Notes under the pieces: model-generated
The model's input: only the letters and a program-made list of their open reading frames with translations
What the model was told of the DNA's origin: nothing
The model's database searches: none
Made by a program: the position numbers and the translations under genes
Origin: a virus
DNA length: 64,000 bases
IMG/VR virus record: IMGVR_UViG_3300022539_000610
Span: 1-64,000 of that record
Reading direction: 5' to 3' (one strand)
Shown: in pieces, positions 44,198 to 53,671 of the stretch
Layout of the letters: every line of letters starts with the position of its first letter
Position numbering within the stretch: position 1 is the stretch's first letter

Positions 44198-44227
44198 CCC
44201 ATGCATGCCACAAAGATAGAGGATCAT
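44195..44227 (-). pseudogene. orphaned sulfotransferase 5' end (MILYLCGMHGS), in the predicted omegaRNA guide position
   Basis: ATGA-coupled to the upstream gene stop; peptide matches 42713-42745 at 10 of 11 residues. Confidence 0.8.
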
Positions 44228-44469
44228 TTTACAAATGCTGGATGAATTGGATGTACTGCCTTTTCCCAATATAAATCTAAAGCTGCTACAAACAAGGAGT
44301 GCACTTTTTGAACCTCTTCTTCAGTCTTGTATGAAAAGAACTCAAACACTCCAGAACAATACTTAAATCCCCAAGTCCAATAAAATTTCTCTTCTTCAAC
44401 TGAGTACACATTCTGCACATGAGGAAGAACAGCATGATACCGATTGTCAATTTGAAATGTTGATTTCAT
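44224..44469 (-). CDS. hypothetical protein
   Basis: RBS AAAGGAG. Confidence 0.6.
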   Translation of the reverse strand: MKSTFQIDNRYHAVLPHVQNVYSVEEEKFYWTWGFKYCSGVFEFFSYKTEEEVQKVHSLFVAALDLYWEKAVHPIHPAFVK

Positions 44470-44490
44470 TTTTATCTCCTTTCTAATAGG

Positions 44491-44574
44491 TGGTGGGTGA
44501 GAGAGGAATCGAACCTCTATGCTTTCGCAACGACTTTACAGGCCATGGGACTCACCACACTGTCCAACTCACCC
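44491..44574 (-). tRNA. tRNA-Tyr(GUA)
   Basis: GGGUGAG/CUCACCC acceptor, anticodon loop CUGUAAA, long variable arm, GGUUCGAUUCC, encoded CCA. Confidence 0.92.
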
Positions 44575-44751
44575 GTTAGATTTGTTTTTGTCTTAGCAAC
44601 CATCTAAGAGGCTCTAATAATCTCCATAATATTCTGTATGCCCTTCCTCTAATCTTAATGTAGCCATATGTTTCTCCTGGTAACGGTTCCATTTTCGTTG
44701 CCATTCCCATTATTATCCTCCTTTCTCACCTTTTATTATAATGATTTTGAC

Positions 44752-45348
44752 TTAGATTTCTAATCCCATTTTTCTGCCTACTTTTTCAAGATAGGAGATT
44801 ATTTTATTTACTGATTCCTCAATGGTTTCTTTATCAGTCGTAACTGTTATTTCAGGGTCTTGTGGTTCTTCGTATGGAGCAGAGATACCAGTGAATTCTA
44901 GGATCTCCCCGGCCCTTGCCTTTTTATAAAGACCTTTCATATCCCTCTCTTCACAGGCCACTAAGGTACATTTGCAAAAGATCTCTATAAATTCACTTTT
45001 ATTAGCCAGATCTCTTGCCTTTTTTCTATCTACCCTGTATGGTGATATAAATGCTGTCATGTTGATGACTCCAGCCTGACTAAAGAGATGAGCCACTTCA
45101 CCGATTCTCCTAATGTTTTCCTCCCGATCCTTGGGTGAAAATCCTAGGTCTCTGTTCAGACCATGCCTGATATTATCCCCATCTAAGACAAAGGTGATGT
45201 GTCCGGCCTCATAAAGCCTCTTTTCTACTTCAACAGCCAGGGTGGATTTACCTGAACAAGAAAGACCCGTAAACCACAGGGTAACTCCTTTTTCCCTATT
45301 GACTATAGGGTCATGCCATGTGATGTTTTGACTTTTTGGATTATCCAT
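44752..45348 (-). CDS. cysC: adenylyl-sulfate (APS) kinase
   Basis: [53 protein letters not shown]. Confidence 0.96.
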   Translation of the reverse strand: MDNPKSQNITWHDPIVNREKGVTLWFTGLSCSGKSTLAVEVEKRLYEAGHITFVLDGDNIRHGLNRDLGFSPKDREENIRRIGEVAHLFSQAGVINMTAFISPYRVDRKKARDLANKSEFIEIFCKCTLVACEERDMKGLYKKARAGEILEFTGISAPYEEPQDPEITVTTDKETIEESVNKIISYLEKVGRKMGLEI

Positions 45349-45399
45349 TTCTTCTGGTAGCGGTTTGATATTGTCCTCCTTTCTTTATTATAGTAGTTT

Positions 45400-46266
45400 T
45401 CAAGTAAAATCTCTTAATTTTTCCCCTAATTCAATAGATGGGCGGACATCATCAATACCAAACCCTTTTCCATCTAAAATCCCTTGGTAAATCTCAGTGT
45501 GAAGATCCTTAAATGATCTATCAAGAGCAACTTTTTTTCCATCAATTATCATTTGACGAAAAGGTTGGAACCCCTCTGCACCATCTTCCTCGTTAATAGA
45601 GAGGAACAAATCTACTGCTGTCCTCTCTAATTGAAGGAGGCACTGGAGACTTCTATCTGTCCGTTTCTCAATACTAAATTCCTGCACAGGCCCAAACAAC
45701 CAGAGCAGTAAATCTAGAATGTGAGCTCCAATGTTCAATGCTAAACCTCCAGATTTCTTGATGTCCCCCTTCCAAGAAAAATCATACCATGGGCCACGAG
45801 GAGTAACATACTTCACAGTAACTAAACGAGGATAGAAATTATCTATTTGTCGCAATCTTTGTACATCTGGATGAAGCCGAAGTTGTAAAACTGAGTAAAC
45901 TCGTTGTCCAGTCTCCTGCTCCAACTGAGCTAAATAATCAAGATTCTCTGGGTTAATAGAAAGAGGCTTCTCACAGATCACATCACACCCCAGTTTCATA
46001 CCAAACCGACTGTGGGCCTCATGTAAGTAGTTAGGTGAGCAGACCGAAACATAATCGATCTGCTGTTTTGTACCCCTCAGTTTATTAACATATCTATCAA
46101 AAGCATCAAACTGAGTAAAGAAATTACATTTAGGAAAATAGCTATCAAGGATACCAACAGAGTCGTTAGGGTCAATAGCAGTAACTAACACGTTTCCTGT
46201 GTCCCGGATAGCCTTCATGTGTTTGGGCGCTATGAAACCGGCAGCTCCTATTAGAGCAAAATTCAT
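45400..46266 (-). CDS. Gfo/Idh/MocA oxidoreductase, WbpB/WlbA-like
   Basis: FALIGAAGFIAPKH..AI, DPNDSVGILDSYFP, SPNYLH, CEKP, LQLRLH, SWKGD..KSGG. Confidence 0.9.
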   Translation of the reverse strand: MNFALIGAAGFIAPKHMKAIRDTGNVLVTAIDPNDSVGILDSYFPKCNFFTQFDAFDRYVNKLRGTKQQIDYVSVCSPNYLHEAHSRFGMKLGCDVICEKPLSINPENLDYLAQLEQETGQRVYSVLQLRLHPDVQRLRQIDNFYPRLVTVKYVTPRGPWYDFSWKGDIKKSGGLALNIGAHILDLLLWLFGPVQEFSIEKRTDRSLQCLLQLERTAVDLFLSINEEDGAEGFQPFRQMIIDGKKVALDRSFKDLHTEIYQGILDGKGFGIDDVRPSIELGEKLRDFT

Positions 46267-46360
46267 CTTACTCCTCCTATACCACCGACAGCTTGTTGTG
46301 GGTTTGCTTCTACACGCACATTAGTTGCTTTCGCATATGCTCTCAGATAATCACTACTTT

Positions 46361-47272
46361 TCATAACCTGCCCAGAATTTCTTGGAATTGCTCTACTCTA
46401 TTTAAGTCACTATGCCGTTTGCGTACAATAGCCATAGCTTTTACCCTCATTTCCATATAACCTTCTGGGTCGGACAAAACATTCCTTATCTGACTGAATA
46501 CATTGGCTTTTGTGATTGGAACATAGTGGACACCAGCCTCAAGTCCCATCACACCTAATTCTGAAAGTTCCTCCGCTAACATCAATACCCCAGCCGCCGG
46601 AATTTCAAAATATTTTGATACAGGAGCATCTTCAACTCCCTGTAGTCGTATATCATCTCGATAACTCCCACCTGTTGCAATAGCACAATAATATTTGTTG
46701 AGTAATTCAGGATACTTTTTAAATGGAACTCTTGGGAGCATAATTTCTAGTTGCGAAGTTTTGTGATTTTTAATATGCTCCCTTAAAGGGTAATATCTAT
46801 TTATAGAACCAAGCATTAAACACTTCATTATAGGATTGGGAAGAATTTGTAGTTTTGCGTATTTCTCATACGGAAAAAAGAAATAAGGAAAATGTATATA
46901 CTTAGAAACATATTGAGGATAGCCCTTCTTAAATGCTTCAATGCCTGCACCTATAATTACATCAAATCTATCAAACAATATATCCTTATTCTTTTGGCAT
47001 TCTTCACTTGCCCAACAATGTAAATCTTCAAAATAACCAATGAGCTTAACCTTCGAATCAAGTAAGCCTGGGGGTATTCCAGGTCTATTATGGTATGGTA
47101 CCGCATAGATAATTGCTACATCGAGACCATCCAAGTTAGGGGCATCTGTGTACACAATCGGAAACTTATACTGTTTGACCATTCTACTAAACAAGAATTT
47201 ACCCCTCTGGGATTGGACCCCTTTTTCATGGCGTCTCTTATAAAACGTGGGTATTATAATCGCTCCCTTCAT
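46361..47272 (-). CDS. glycosyltransferase (GT-B, CgeB-like)
   Basis: YPLRE, KYFEIPAAG. Confidence 0.75.
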   Translation of the reverse strand: MKGAIIIPTFYKRRHEKGVQSQRGKFLFSRMVKQYKFPIVYTDAPNLDGLDVAIIYAVPYHNRPGIPPGLLDSKVKLIGYFEDLHCWASEECQKNKDILFDRFDVIIGAGIEAFKKGYPQYVSKYIHFPYFFFPYEKYAKLQILPNPIMKCLMLGSINRYYPLREHIKNHKTSQLEIMLPRVPFKKYPELLNKYYCAIATGGSYRDDIRLQGVEDAPVSKYFEIPAAGVLMLAEELSELGVMGLEAGVHYVPITKANVFSQIRNVLSDPEGYMEMRVKAMAIVRKRHSDLNRVEQFQEILGRL

Positions 47273-47988
47273 GGTTTCCTTGCCTTTATTCTCATATAAT
47301 ACCTGGGGGTCTTCAGTCCCATTGTTTCTAACAGCATTAGTACTTTCGTAAATGTATCAGGCAAAGAAGGATGGTGGCCCTCTACTTGAATGTCTTTAAA
47401 CCCAATTGTAGCTAAAACATATTTGATTGCTCTAGCTTCAAGACCCCTCGAATGGTGATACTCACTAAGTTTTTCAAGTGCCCTTTCACTGGTAGATAAA
47501 GTCTTTTTTCTTCTACCAAGAAAAGCCCGTCGAAACTTGAGCCACCAACCAAACCAAGAGTGAAACCGAGCATTTGAATCATTATCAGTAATTAACCAAC
47601 CACCAGGGGCAAGAACTCGATACGCTTCTTGAAGCCCTTGATCCCACCTATACAAATGGTGAAGGACAGAATAAGCAGTCACCACCCCAAATGTATCACC
47701 TGCAAAAGGAAGTTGAAAGCAAGATGCTTGAAGAACCTGTGAGTACCTATGAGCTAAATCAAGCATACCAAAGGAAATATCAACTCCTATCGCCTCTTGG
47801 TAGTGTGAGTGGACTAAATTAAGAATCTTTCCAGTCCCTGTTCCTATATCTAATAGACGAATATTCTTAGGTGCCAATCCATACAGGCACTGTAAAAATC
47901 CTTCATCTATTGGAGCAGTGGTATCATCGTATCGGCCGGCTATCTGGTCATGAAACTCCCGATTAGCCTGTTCAATGCCTTTACGCAA
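47269..47988 (-). CDS. class I SAM-dependent methyltransferase
   Basis: LLDIGTGTG, GVDIS..ML, SVLHHL, RVLAPGG. Confidence 0.9.
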   Translation of the reverse strand: MRKGIEQANREFHDQIAGRYDDTTAPIDEGFLQCLYGLAPKNIRLLDIGTGTGKILNLVHSHYQEAIGVDISFGMLDLAHRYSQVLQASCFQLPFAGDTFGVVTAYSVLHHLYRWDQGLQEAYRVLAPGGWLITDNDSNARFHSWFGWWLKFRRAFLGRRKKTLSTSERALEKLSEYHHSRGLEARAIKYVLATIGFKDIQVEGHHPSLPDTFTKVLMLLETMGLKTPRYYMRIKARKP

Positions 47989-48661
47989 ATTGGCACCTGG
48001 TGTTAAACATTAAGTCTACCATCGAAAGATTCTCTACAAACTCCCCTCCCCATAACTGCAGATAGATTGGGTGGACAAAATCCTGATACTGCAACTGTAT
48101 CCCTGCCTTTTTGAAAACTTCCTCATCCATATAACGTTGTGAGCCCTTACCCGTCCCAGTAAGGTAAGTGTCAGCTTTTACCTCCTTAACTATTTGCATT
48201 ATCTTATCTAAGCCAGATCTCTCTATTCCATCACTCAGTTTGGAGGAGAAAACTAATTCTGCTCTTATATCTAACACCTTATTCATAACTCTAATTATCT
48301 CACAATTCAGATCCACTAACTTAGTCCACTCCTTTGCATAGATTTCTCTAAATACATCAATATACTCTGAGTAATATTTTGCCTTCCTATAAGCAAAGTC
48401 AATCGACTTTAAATGCTTCTTCCTCCAATTATCTGTAGTGACAATTTCAACCTCATTAATATTCTTAAAATCACCCTTGCCCAAAACAGGAACAGTTAAC
48501 CATGTTGTTCCATTTGGTGTTTTTATTCTCGTTCTGGTAACGTAACTCTTACCTCGCACAAGCTGAACATCGTCAAAAATAACAAAAACATCTGATAAGG
48601 CCATTTTGTGAAAAAGGCCTACCCAAGGAAGATAATTAGGTTGATGAACGGAAACAATCAT
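47981..48661 (-). CDS. WbqC family protein
   Basis: HQPNYLPW.G.F.K, WLTVPV, YLTG.G...Y, HP.Y.Q, LS..D..FN. Confidence 0.93.
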   Translation of the reverse strand: MIVSVHQPNYLPWVGLFHKMALSDVFVIFDDVQLVRGKSYVTRTRIKTPNGTTWLTVPVLGKGDFKNINEVEIVTTDNWRKKHLKSIDFAYRKAKYYSEYIDVFREIYAKEWTKLVDLNCEIIRVMNKVLDIRAELVFSSKLSDGIERSGLDKIMQIVKEVKADTYLTGTGKGSQRYMDEEVFKKAGIQLQYQDFVHPIYLQLWGGEFVENLSMVDLMFNTRCQFA

Positions 48662-49263
48662 TTATAAATAAAAACCGTAAAATCGTTAACTCTATAATCA
48701 TGCCGAAGCACAACCTTGGAACTGAGTACAAAAGCCATATCTAAAACTCGTGAAGGAGCTGCATAATACACACCAGGCATGCGACTTTTACTGGTACGGC
48801 TTAAAAAATTTACCCCCATACCTACTTTACAGACCTCAAACATCTTAGTCAATATAGTCCTTACATAAGAGTGCCAATCCGGGAATTCTAAACCGAACAA
48901 GCCTGAAGCAATCACATAGTCGTACTGTTTCACAGAAAAGCTGAAGATGTCAGAAACTTGAAATTCAAAATCTGGGTACCTTACACTCGCCTCTCTTACC
49001 ATACCTTCAACGATGTCAATTCCAATATACCTTTTAGGCTTTATTTCTTCTCTGTATATATAGCCTGCAAAATCTCCAAATCCACATCCTACGTCCAACA
49101 AAGCACAATTATTTAAATCTCCAATAGATCCTAAAACTTCAAATCTCACAGATTGTGATTCCTTATCACCATAATGTATGGCTTTCAACGTGGGACCATA
49201 AGTTGCAAGGGCTCTCTCAAAAACTTTACGGCGAAATTTCATATTTTCATCTAAAGTATTCAT
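48658..49263 (-). CDS. class I SAM-dependent methyltransferase
   Basis: Q..RF, LLDVGCGFGD, YIGIDI, DYVIASG.F, RHDY. Confidence 0.9.
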   Translation of the reverse strand: MNTLDENMKFRRKVFERALATYGPTLKAIHYGDKESQSVRFEVLGSIGDLNNCALLDVGCGFGDFAGYIYREEIKPKRYIGIDIVEGMVREASVRYPDFEFQVSDIFSFSVKQYDYVIASGLFGLEFPDWHSYVRTILTKMFEVCKVGMGVNFLSRTSKSRMPGVYYAAPSRVLDMAFVLSSKVVLRHDYRVNDFTVFIYK

Positions 49264-50300
49264 AACTCCTCTAACACACTATTAGCAACATACTCAACTT
49301 CACTCAATTTCAATGTCGGGTATATCGGAAGTGAAACCACCTCTCTCATAAGAGCTTCAGTTGATGGAAAGTTCCGACTGTTCAAATCTAACAATCTATG
49401 TAGAGGTTGGTAAACACCATTACCACATTCAATTCCTTTCTTTTTCATTCGATCTTTAAATTTATTAATATCTCCTTTTATCCTTATAGCAAACCTATAG
49501 TAAGCAGGTTGTGCCACATCATCATAAACAGGAAGCAATATTCTTGACTCATTTTTCAACAATTCAACATACCTATTAAAACGAATTCTTCTTGCTGCAA
49601 CAAAGTCATCTAATTTCGTAAGCTGGATAATTCCCATAGCTGCTGCCATATCCGTCATTTGATAACTATAATACATCCTGGTAATCAATTGTCTAATTCT
49701 ATGTATGGTTTCTTTGTCATCAGATGACACCATTCCACCCGTACCAGTTGTTAACATTTTAGTGGCATAAAATGAAAAAATAGACACCTTGCCAAAAGAC
49801 CCCAGTTTCAATCCTCTATACCTACCACCAATACTTGCTGCACAATCTTCTATAACAGCAACCCCAAACTCTGAAAACTTGTCTATTTCCAGCACAGGAT
49901 AACCAAACATGTGGGGAACGATAATAGCTTTACTTTTCTTCGTAATAGCATCTTTAAAACATTCTAAAGAGATATTCATAGTAGAATAGTCCACATCAAC
50001 TACCACCGGTCGTGCTCCCACAAGCATAATGGCATGCAACAAAGAAATACATGTATAGCTAGGCACAATCACATCAAATCTCTCATCTACACCGAGTGCA
50101 ATTAATGAAAGATGTAATGCAGACATTCCAGTATTCACAGCAACAGCGTACTTCCGACTAACATAGCTACACATCTCGTATTCAAATTGGCGAACCTTAC
50201 TGCCCCATCCAAGATATTCACTTTGAATAACAGCCTCAACTGATTCCATTTCAGCTTGGGCTAAAGTAGGACGTGAATGGGGTATTATTTTATCACCCAT
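49260..50300 (-). CDS. DegT/DnrJ/EryC1/StrS aminotransferase
   Basis: IEDCAAS.G, FSFYATK, SLPIYP. Confidence 0.93.
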   Translation of the reverse strand: MGDKIIPHSRPTLAQAEMESVEAVIQSEYLGWGSKVRQFEYEMCSYVSRKYAVAVNTGMSALHLSLIALGVDERFDVIVPSYTCISLLHAIMLVGARPVVVDVDYSTMNISLECFKDAITKKSKAIIVPHMFGYPVLEIDKFSEFGVAVIEDCAASIGGRYRGLKLGSFGKVSIFSFYATKMLTTGTGGMVSSDDKETIHRIRQLITRMYYSYQMTDMAAAMGIIQLTKLDDFVAARRIRFNRYVELLKNESRILLPVYDDVAQPAYYRFAIRIKGDINKFKDRMKKKGIECGNGVYQPLHRLLDLNSRNFPSTEALMREVVSLPIYPTLKLSEVEYVANSVLEEL

Positions 50301-50884
50301 CTAACCACCTCGAAAGCTTCGGCATATCTAATTCCAATTTGCATTCCTCTATTAATTGCTAAACTTCTTATACACTCTTCTGATAAATATCGCTTTCCTT
50401 GCTGAGAACTATAACACAATACGGCCTCTACCTTTTTTACAAGATGCCGTTCCTCAATAGGCACAAATGCTCCAGCATTGAATATATAATTATTGTAAGG
50501 AACCTCATATCCTAAAATGCTCGCTTTTTTAAAGGCCCTAAAACCCTCCTGAGAAACTACTTGATGATCTTGATGTGTATCATAAGTAGATGGTAAGAGA
50601 ACTAAATCTGGCTTGATGTCCTCTTCCAACTTAGTCATATTATCCAATATCTTTTGACGATGAATGGGGAAGTTTCTTACTTCGTATGTAAACAAAATCA
50701 AGTCAGCCCCTAAAACTTTCATAGCCTTCTTTACTTCCTCTCTCAAAATATAATGCGGGGAGCCAGCAGGGAATGAAAACCCCACATAGGTAACTTGGTC
50801 ATTTCTTTCCATAAATTTAAAGATTGTCCCTCCACAGCTAATTTCTCCATCATCAGTATGTGGGGCTAAAACAAGTACCTTCAT
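50285..50884 (-). CDS. PIG-L family de-N-acetylase
   Basis: APHTDDGE..CGG, DTHQDH, YAEAFE. Confidence 0.92.
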   Translation of the reverse strand: MKVLVLAPHTDDGEISCGGTIFKFMERNDQVTYVGFSFPAGSPHYILREEVKKAMKVLGADLILFTYEVRNFPIHRQKILDNMTKLEEDIKPDLVLLPSTYDTHQDHQVVSQEGFRAFKKASILGYEVPYNNYIFNAGAFVPIEERHLVKKVEAVLCYSSQQGKRYLSEECIRSLAINRGMQIGIRYAEAFEVVRWVIK

Positions 50885-51432
50885 TTTCTCACTCCATATC
50901 CCAGCCAAAAACAAGAAGATTTTTGTCGGGGAATCTTAATAACTTTATCAAAAGCCACTACTGTTCTATAACGTCGAATGACATCCTTAACTGTTTTGAA
51001 CTTCCTAACATGTCCTCTTCCTCCCGCATTGGGTACAGATAATATAACTAATTTCCCTACTGGTATTGCATTAAGTATAGCAATATCCTGTATGAGATGT
51101 TCAAGAACTTCTAAGATAACAAAAGCATCATATTTAATAAATTCCTTTTGTACCCTCTTATCATAAAGACTTCCCACAGTAAATGTAAATTCAGGAACTG
51201 CCTTTTTAGCTATTCCTACAAGAACTCCAGCAAAATCTATTCCCCAGTAGGTCTTATATTTCTTCGCATGTAAAATTCTAGCCATATGTCCAGGGCCACA
51301 ACCTAAGTCTGCTATAGCAGCACTTGATGGAAGAAGACTTGCCACCATATCATACATCTTTCTCCAGTAAGGATTGAGGGTTAAGTCTTTCGGTATATCA
51401 GCATTATAGTATCCTGGTCCTTCTTCTTTCAT
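50881..51432 (-). CDS. class I SAM-dependent methyltransferase
   Basis: ADLGCGPG, GIDF, LEVLEHL, SVPN. Confidence 0.88.
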   Translation of the reverse strand: MKEEGPGYYNADIPKDLTLNPYWRKMYDMVASLLPSSAAIADLGCGPGHMARILHAKKYKTYWGIDFAGVLVGIAKKAVPEFTFTVGSLYDKRVQKEFIKYDAFVILEVLEHLIQDIAILNAIPVGKLVILSVPNAGGRGHVRKFKTVKDVIRRYRTVVAFDKVIKIPRQKSSCFWLGYGVRK

Positions 51433-51455
51433 TTCTTATTCGCCTTTGTAAACAT

Positions 51456-52076
51456 TTACCATACGTACCCAAACTTTTCAAGTTCTTCACCCATCCACTT
51501 TTTAGCTATATCAACTTGGTTTTCATCCCATTCTGTCCAGTGAGGAAACCAGAGGTTCTTTGTTAGATGATCATGGGGTAAAGTTATTTCGTTGTACTTC
51601 AGTCCCAACTTTTCTACAAACCAACCAATAGGCCCTTTGATCAAATCTTCGAGCCTAACTATCTCAGAAGGGCATTTAGATATCGTTCTTTGCCCCAGTG
51701 CCCATAGCTTACAAATCTCTGAAAACTGATTTTTGTCTTTCTTGAACCATGGTCTTCCCATTCCAGACCTTACATAGTCTCGTCCATCCCTAACAAGATG
51801 CACTATGGTACAATCAGGATAATCCTCAGTCAAATCTTCTAAATGACAACGAGTACAAACAGAGCACTCGACATAGTGATAGCCTGCGTCTAAGGTAGCT
51901 GTTATCAAATTCAAGCGCCTCTTCTTTACTTCTTTTAAACTTTCAAGATACTTTTTACATATATAATTTTCCTCATGCATATCATGGAAGGCTTGCACTT
52001 CAAACACCTCTCCTAAAGCCGTAGCTAATGATTGTGATCCAGACCTTCCTGAAGAAGCAATGAATATAATTTTCAT
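51456..52076 (-). CDS. sulfotransferase family protein
   Basis: SGRSGSQSL, HLVRDGRD..RS, RLEDL. Confidence 0.85.
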   Translation of the reverse strand: MKIIFIASSGRSGSQSLATALGEVFEVQAFHDMHEENYICKKYLESLKEVKKRRLNLITATLDAGYHYVECSVCTRCHLEDLTEDYPDCTIVHLVRDGRDYVRSGMGRPWFKKDKNQFSEICKLWALGQRTISKCPSEIVRLEDLIKGPIGWFVEKLGLKYNEITLPHDHLTKNLWFPHWTEWDENQVDIAKKWMGEELEKFGYVW

Positions 52077-52080
52077 ATTT

Positions 52081-53013
52081 CTATTTTCTCCCCCCTTTCT
52101 TCTTTTGTCCTTCTGGCCCTATCTTCTCCATCCTATTCCACTCCACTTGGCCCTCCTCAGAAGCTAAGGCATTTTTGTAATGTTCTTTTATCTCGTAGCC
52201 TGATCCATGGTAGTATTCATCAGGATGTCTAGTATAACCTCCTCGCATTCTCAAACTTTCAAATTTACTTATCTTTGCATACGCACCATCATTCCTTCCT
52301 CGTCTACCTCGACCACTAAGTACCTGCTTGTAGTACTCCTCATATTCGGGATTTGCAAATTCAGCGTCTTGTTCTAAAATACAAGGTTTCCCTAGCTCCA
52401 CATACTTCAAACCTAATTTGCGCAGCCTAATACAGAGGTATGAGTAAATACTTCCTACTTTCTTCCCTGTACCTATACTCCAGGGACTACGATGACCAGT
52501 CAAAAATTGAATATTATACTCATCAACAAGTTCTTTCTTAATAGCTAGGCCCCCACCAAATGGGATGTTCTTTCTCCATTTCTTTTCTACCAGTACACAA
52601 CCACCTCTTTCTGTCTCTAAAGAATTTTCCTTCACAAAGCCCGGCATGCGAAGGACACAAAAAATATAATCAGGACAAACCTCACTACTAACTACGAGCT
52701 TGAAGTTATCGAACCAGCCTTCCATACAGAAATGATCATTACTAAGCACTAACAACCAATTTGCTTTAGGATTCGCCAACTTCCAAGCATCGTTGATAGC
52801 AAGCCCTAAATTATTATAGTGATCTAACACAAGATGATCGACAACATTTGCTGCACGATATTCTTTTAACATTTCGACTGTGCCATCAGTGGAGCCATTA
52901 TCAACCACAATAAACTCATGTTCCCCTCTCGGAGCCCCCTCATGAACAGAGTCAATACAAAATTTAGAAAACTTTTTCCTGTTATAAGTTGTTAAACTTA
53001 TGGATACGAACAT
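52081..53013 (-). CDS. glycosyltransferase family 2
   Basis: SISLTTYNR, VVDNGSTDGT. Confidence 0.85.
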   Translation of the reverse strand: MFVSISLTTYNRKKFSKFCIDSVHEGAPRGEHEFIVVDNGSTDGTVEMLKEYRAANVVDHLVLDHYNNLGLAINDAWKLANPKANWLLVLSNDHFCMEGWFDNFKLVVSSEVCPDYIFCVLRMPGFVKENSLETERGGCVLVEKKWRKNIPFGGGLAIKKELVDEYNIQFLTGHRSPWSIGTGKKVGSIYSYLCIRLRKLGLKYVELGKPCILEQDAEFANPEYEEYYKQVLSGRGRRGRNDGAYAKISKFESLRMRGGYTRHPDEYYHGSGYEIKEHYKNALASEEGQVEWNRMEKIGPEGQKKKGGRK

Positions 53014-53053
53014 AGCAGCCCCTTACCTCCATCATTGCATCTTTAAATCCCAG

Positions 53054-53671
53054 TCATGGCATTTCAGCCCTCTTAAGAATCTTAGGCCACAAATCCCCTG
53101 CTTTGCCGCACCGACTTCCCAACCAAGTCTTTTGACCTTTTGCAGATTGATCAAGGGTACCAAACTTTTCAACTCTCCAATTATCATGACCAGGTTTCTC
53201 TATTTTCCAATCCTTACCATAATGTGTTTCCATATATTCCTCAAGATGGTTGGGCATTGGATACACGCTACCCAGAAACTTCACTAGTTGAGGTTCCTCA
53301 TACCATCTAACCCTCTCTACAAATTTCAGTCCAGGAGTCGAGCGTGGGAAGGATTCATAATACTCACCATTCTTGCGAAAAAACCACATATTAAGTTTAG
53401 AAAGCCTTCTCCCCCATGCAAAATAACTCCCGGGTCTCTTTATTTTAAAACCACATGTTCGTAAGGATTCATAAAGTTGTATCCGTCGTTTAGCAGAAAC
53501 CTCAATGAAAATCCCCATGTCCACATCTGTATCCCACGGCACAATTGCCTTATTTCTAACATAACCTAGTACAATACCATCTATGACCACCCAGGGAATT
53601 CCAACATTATCAAAAGCAGTTTTACAAGCCGCTAAATCTAATGCTATATTTTGAGACCTCGACTTTTTCAC
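53054..53671 (-). CDS. LicD family nucleotidyltransferase-fold protein
   Basis: G..LG.VR....PWDTDVD.G, P...E.Y...HYG.DW. Confidence 0.88.
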   Translation of the reverse strand: MKKSRSQNIALDLAACKTAFDNVGIPWVVIDGIVLGYVRNKAIVPWDTDVDMGIFIEVSAKRRIQLYESLRTCGFKIKRPGSYFAWGRRLSKLNMWFFRKNGEYYESFPRSTPGLKFVERVRWYEEPQLVKFLGSVYPMPNHLEEYMETHYGKDWKIEKPGHDNWRVEKFGTLDQSAKGQKTWLGSRCGKAGDLWPKILKRAEMP

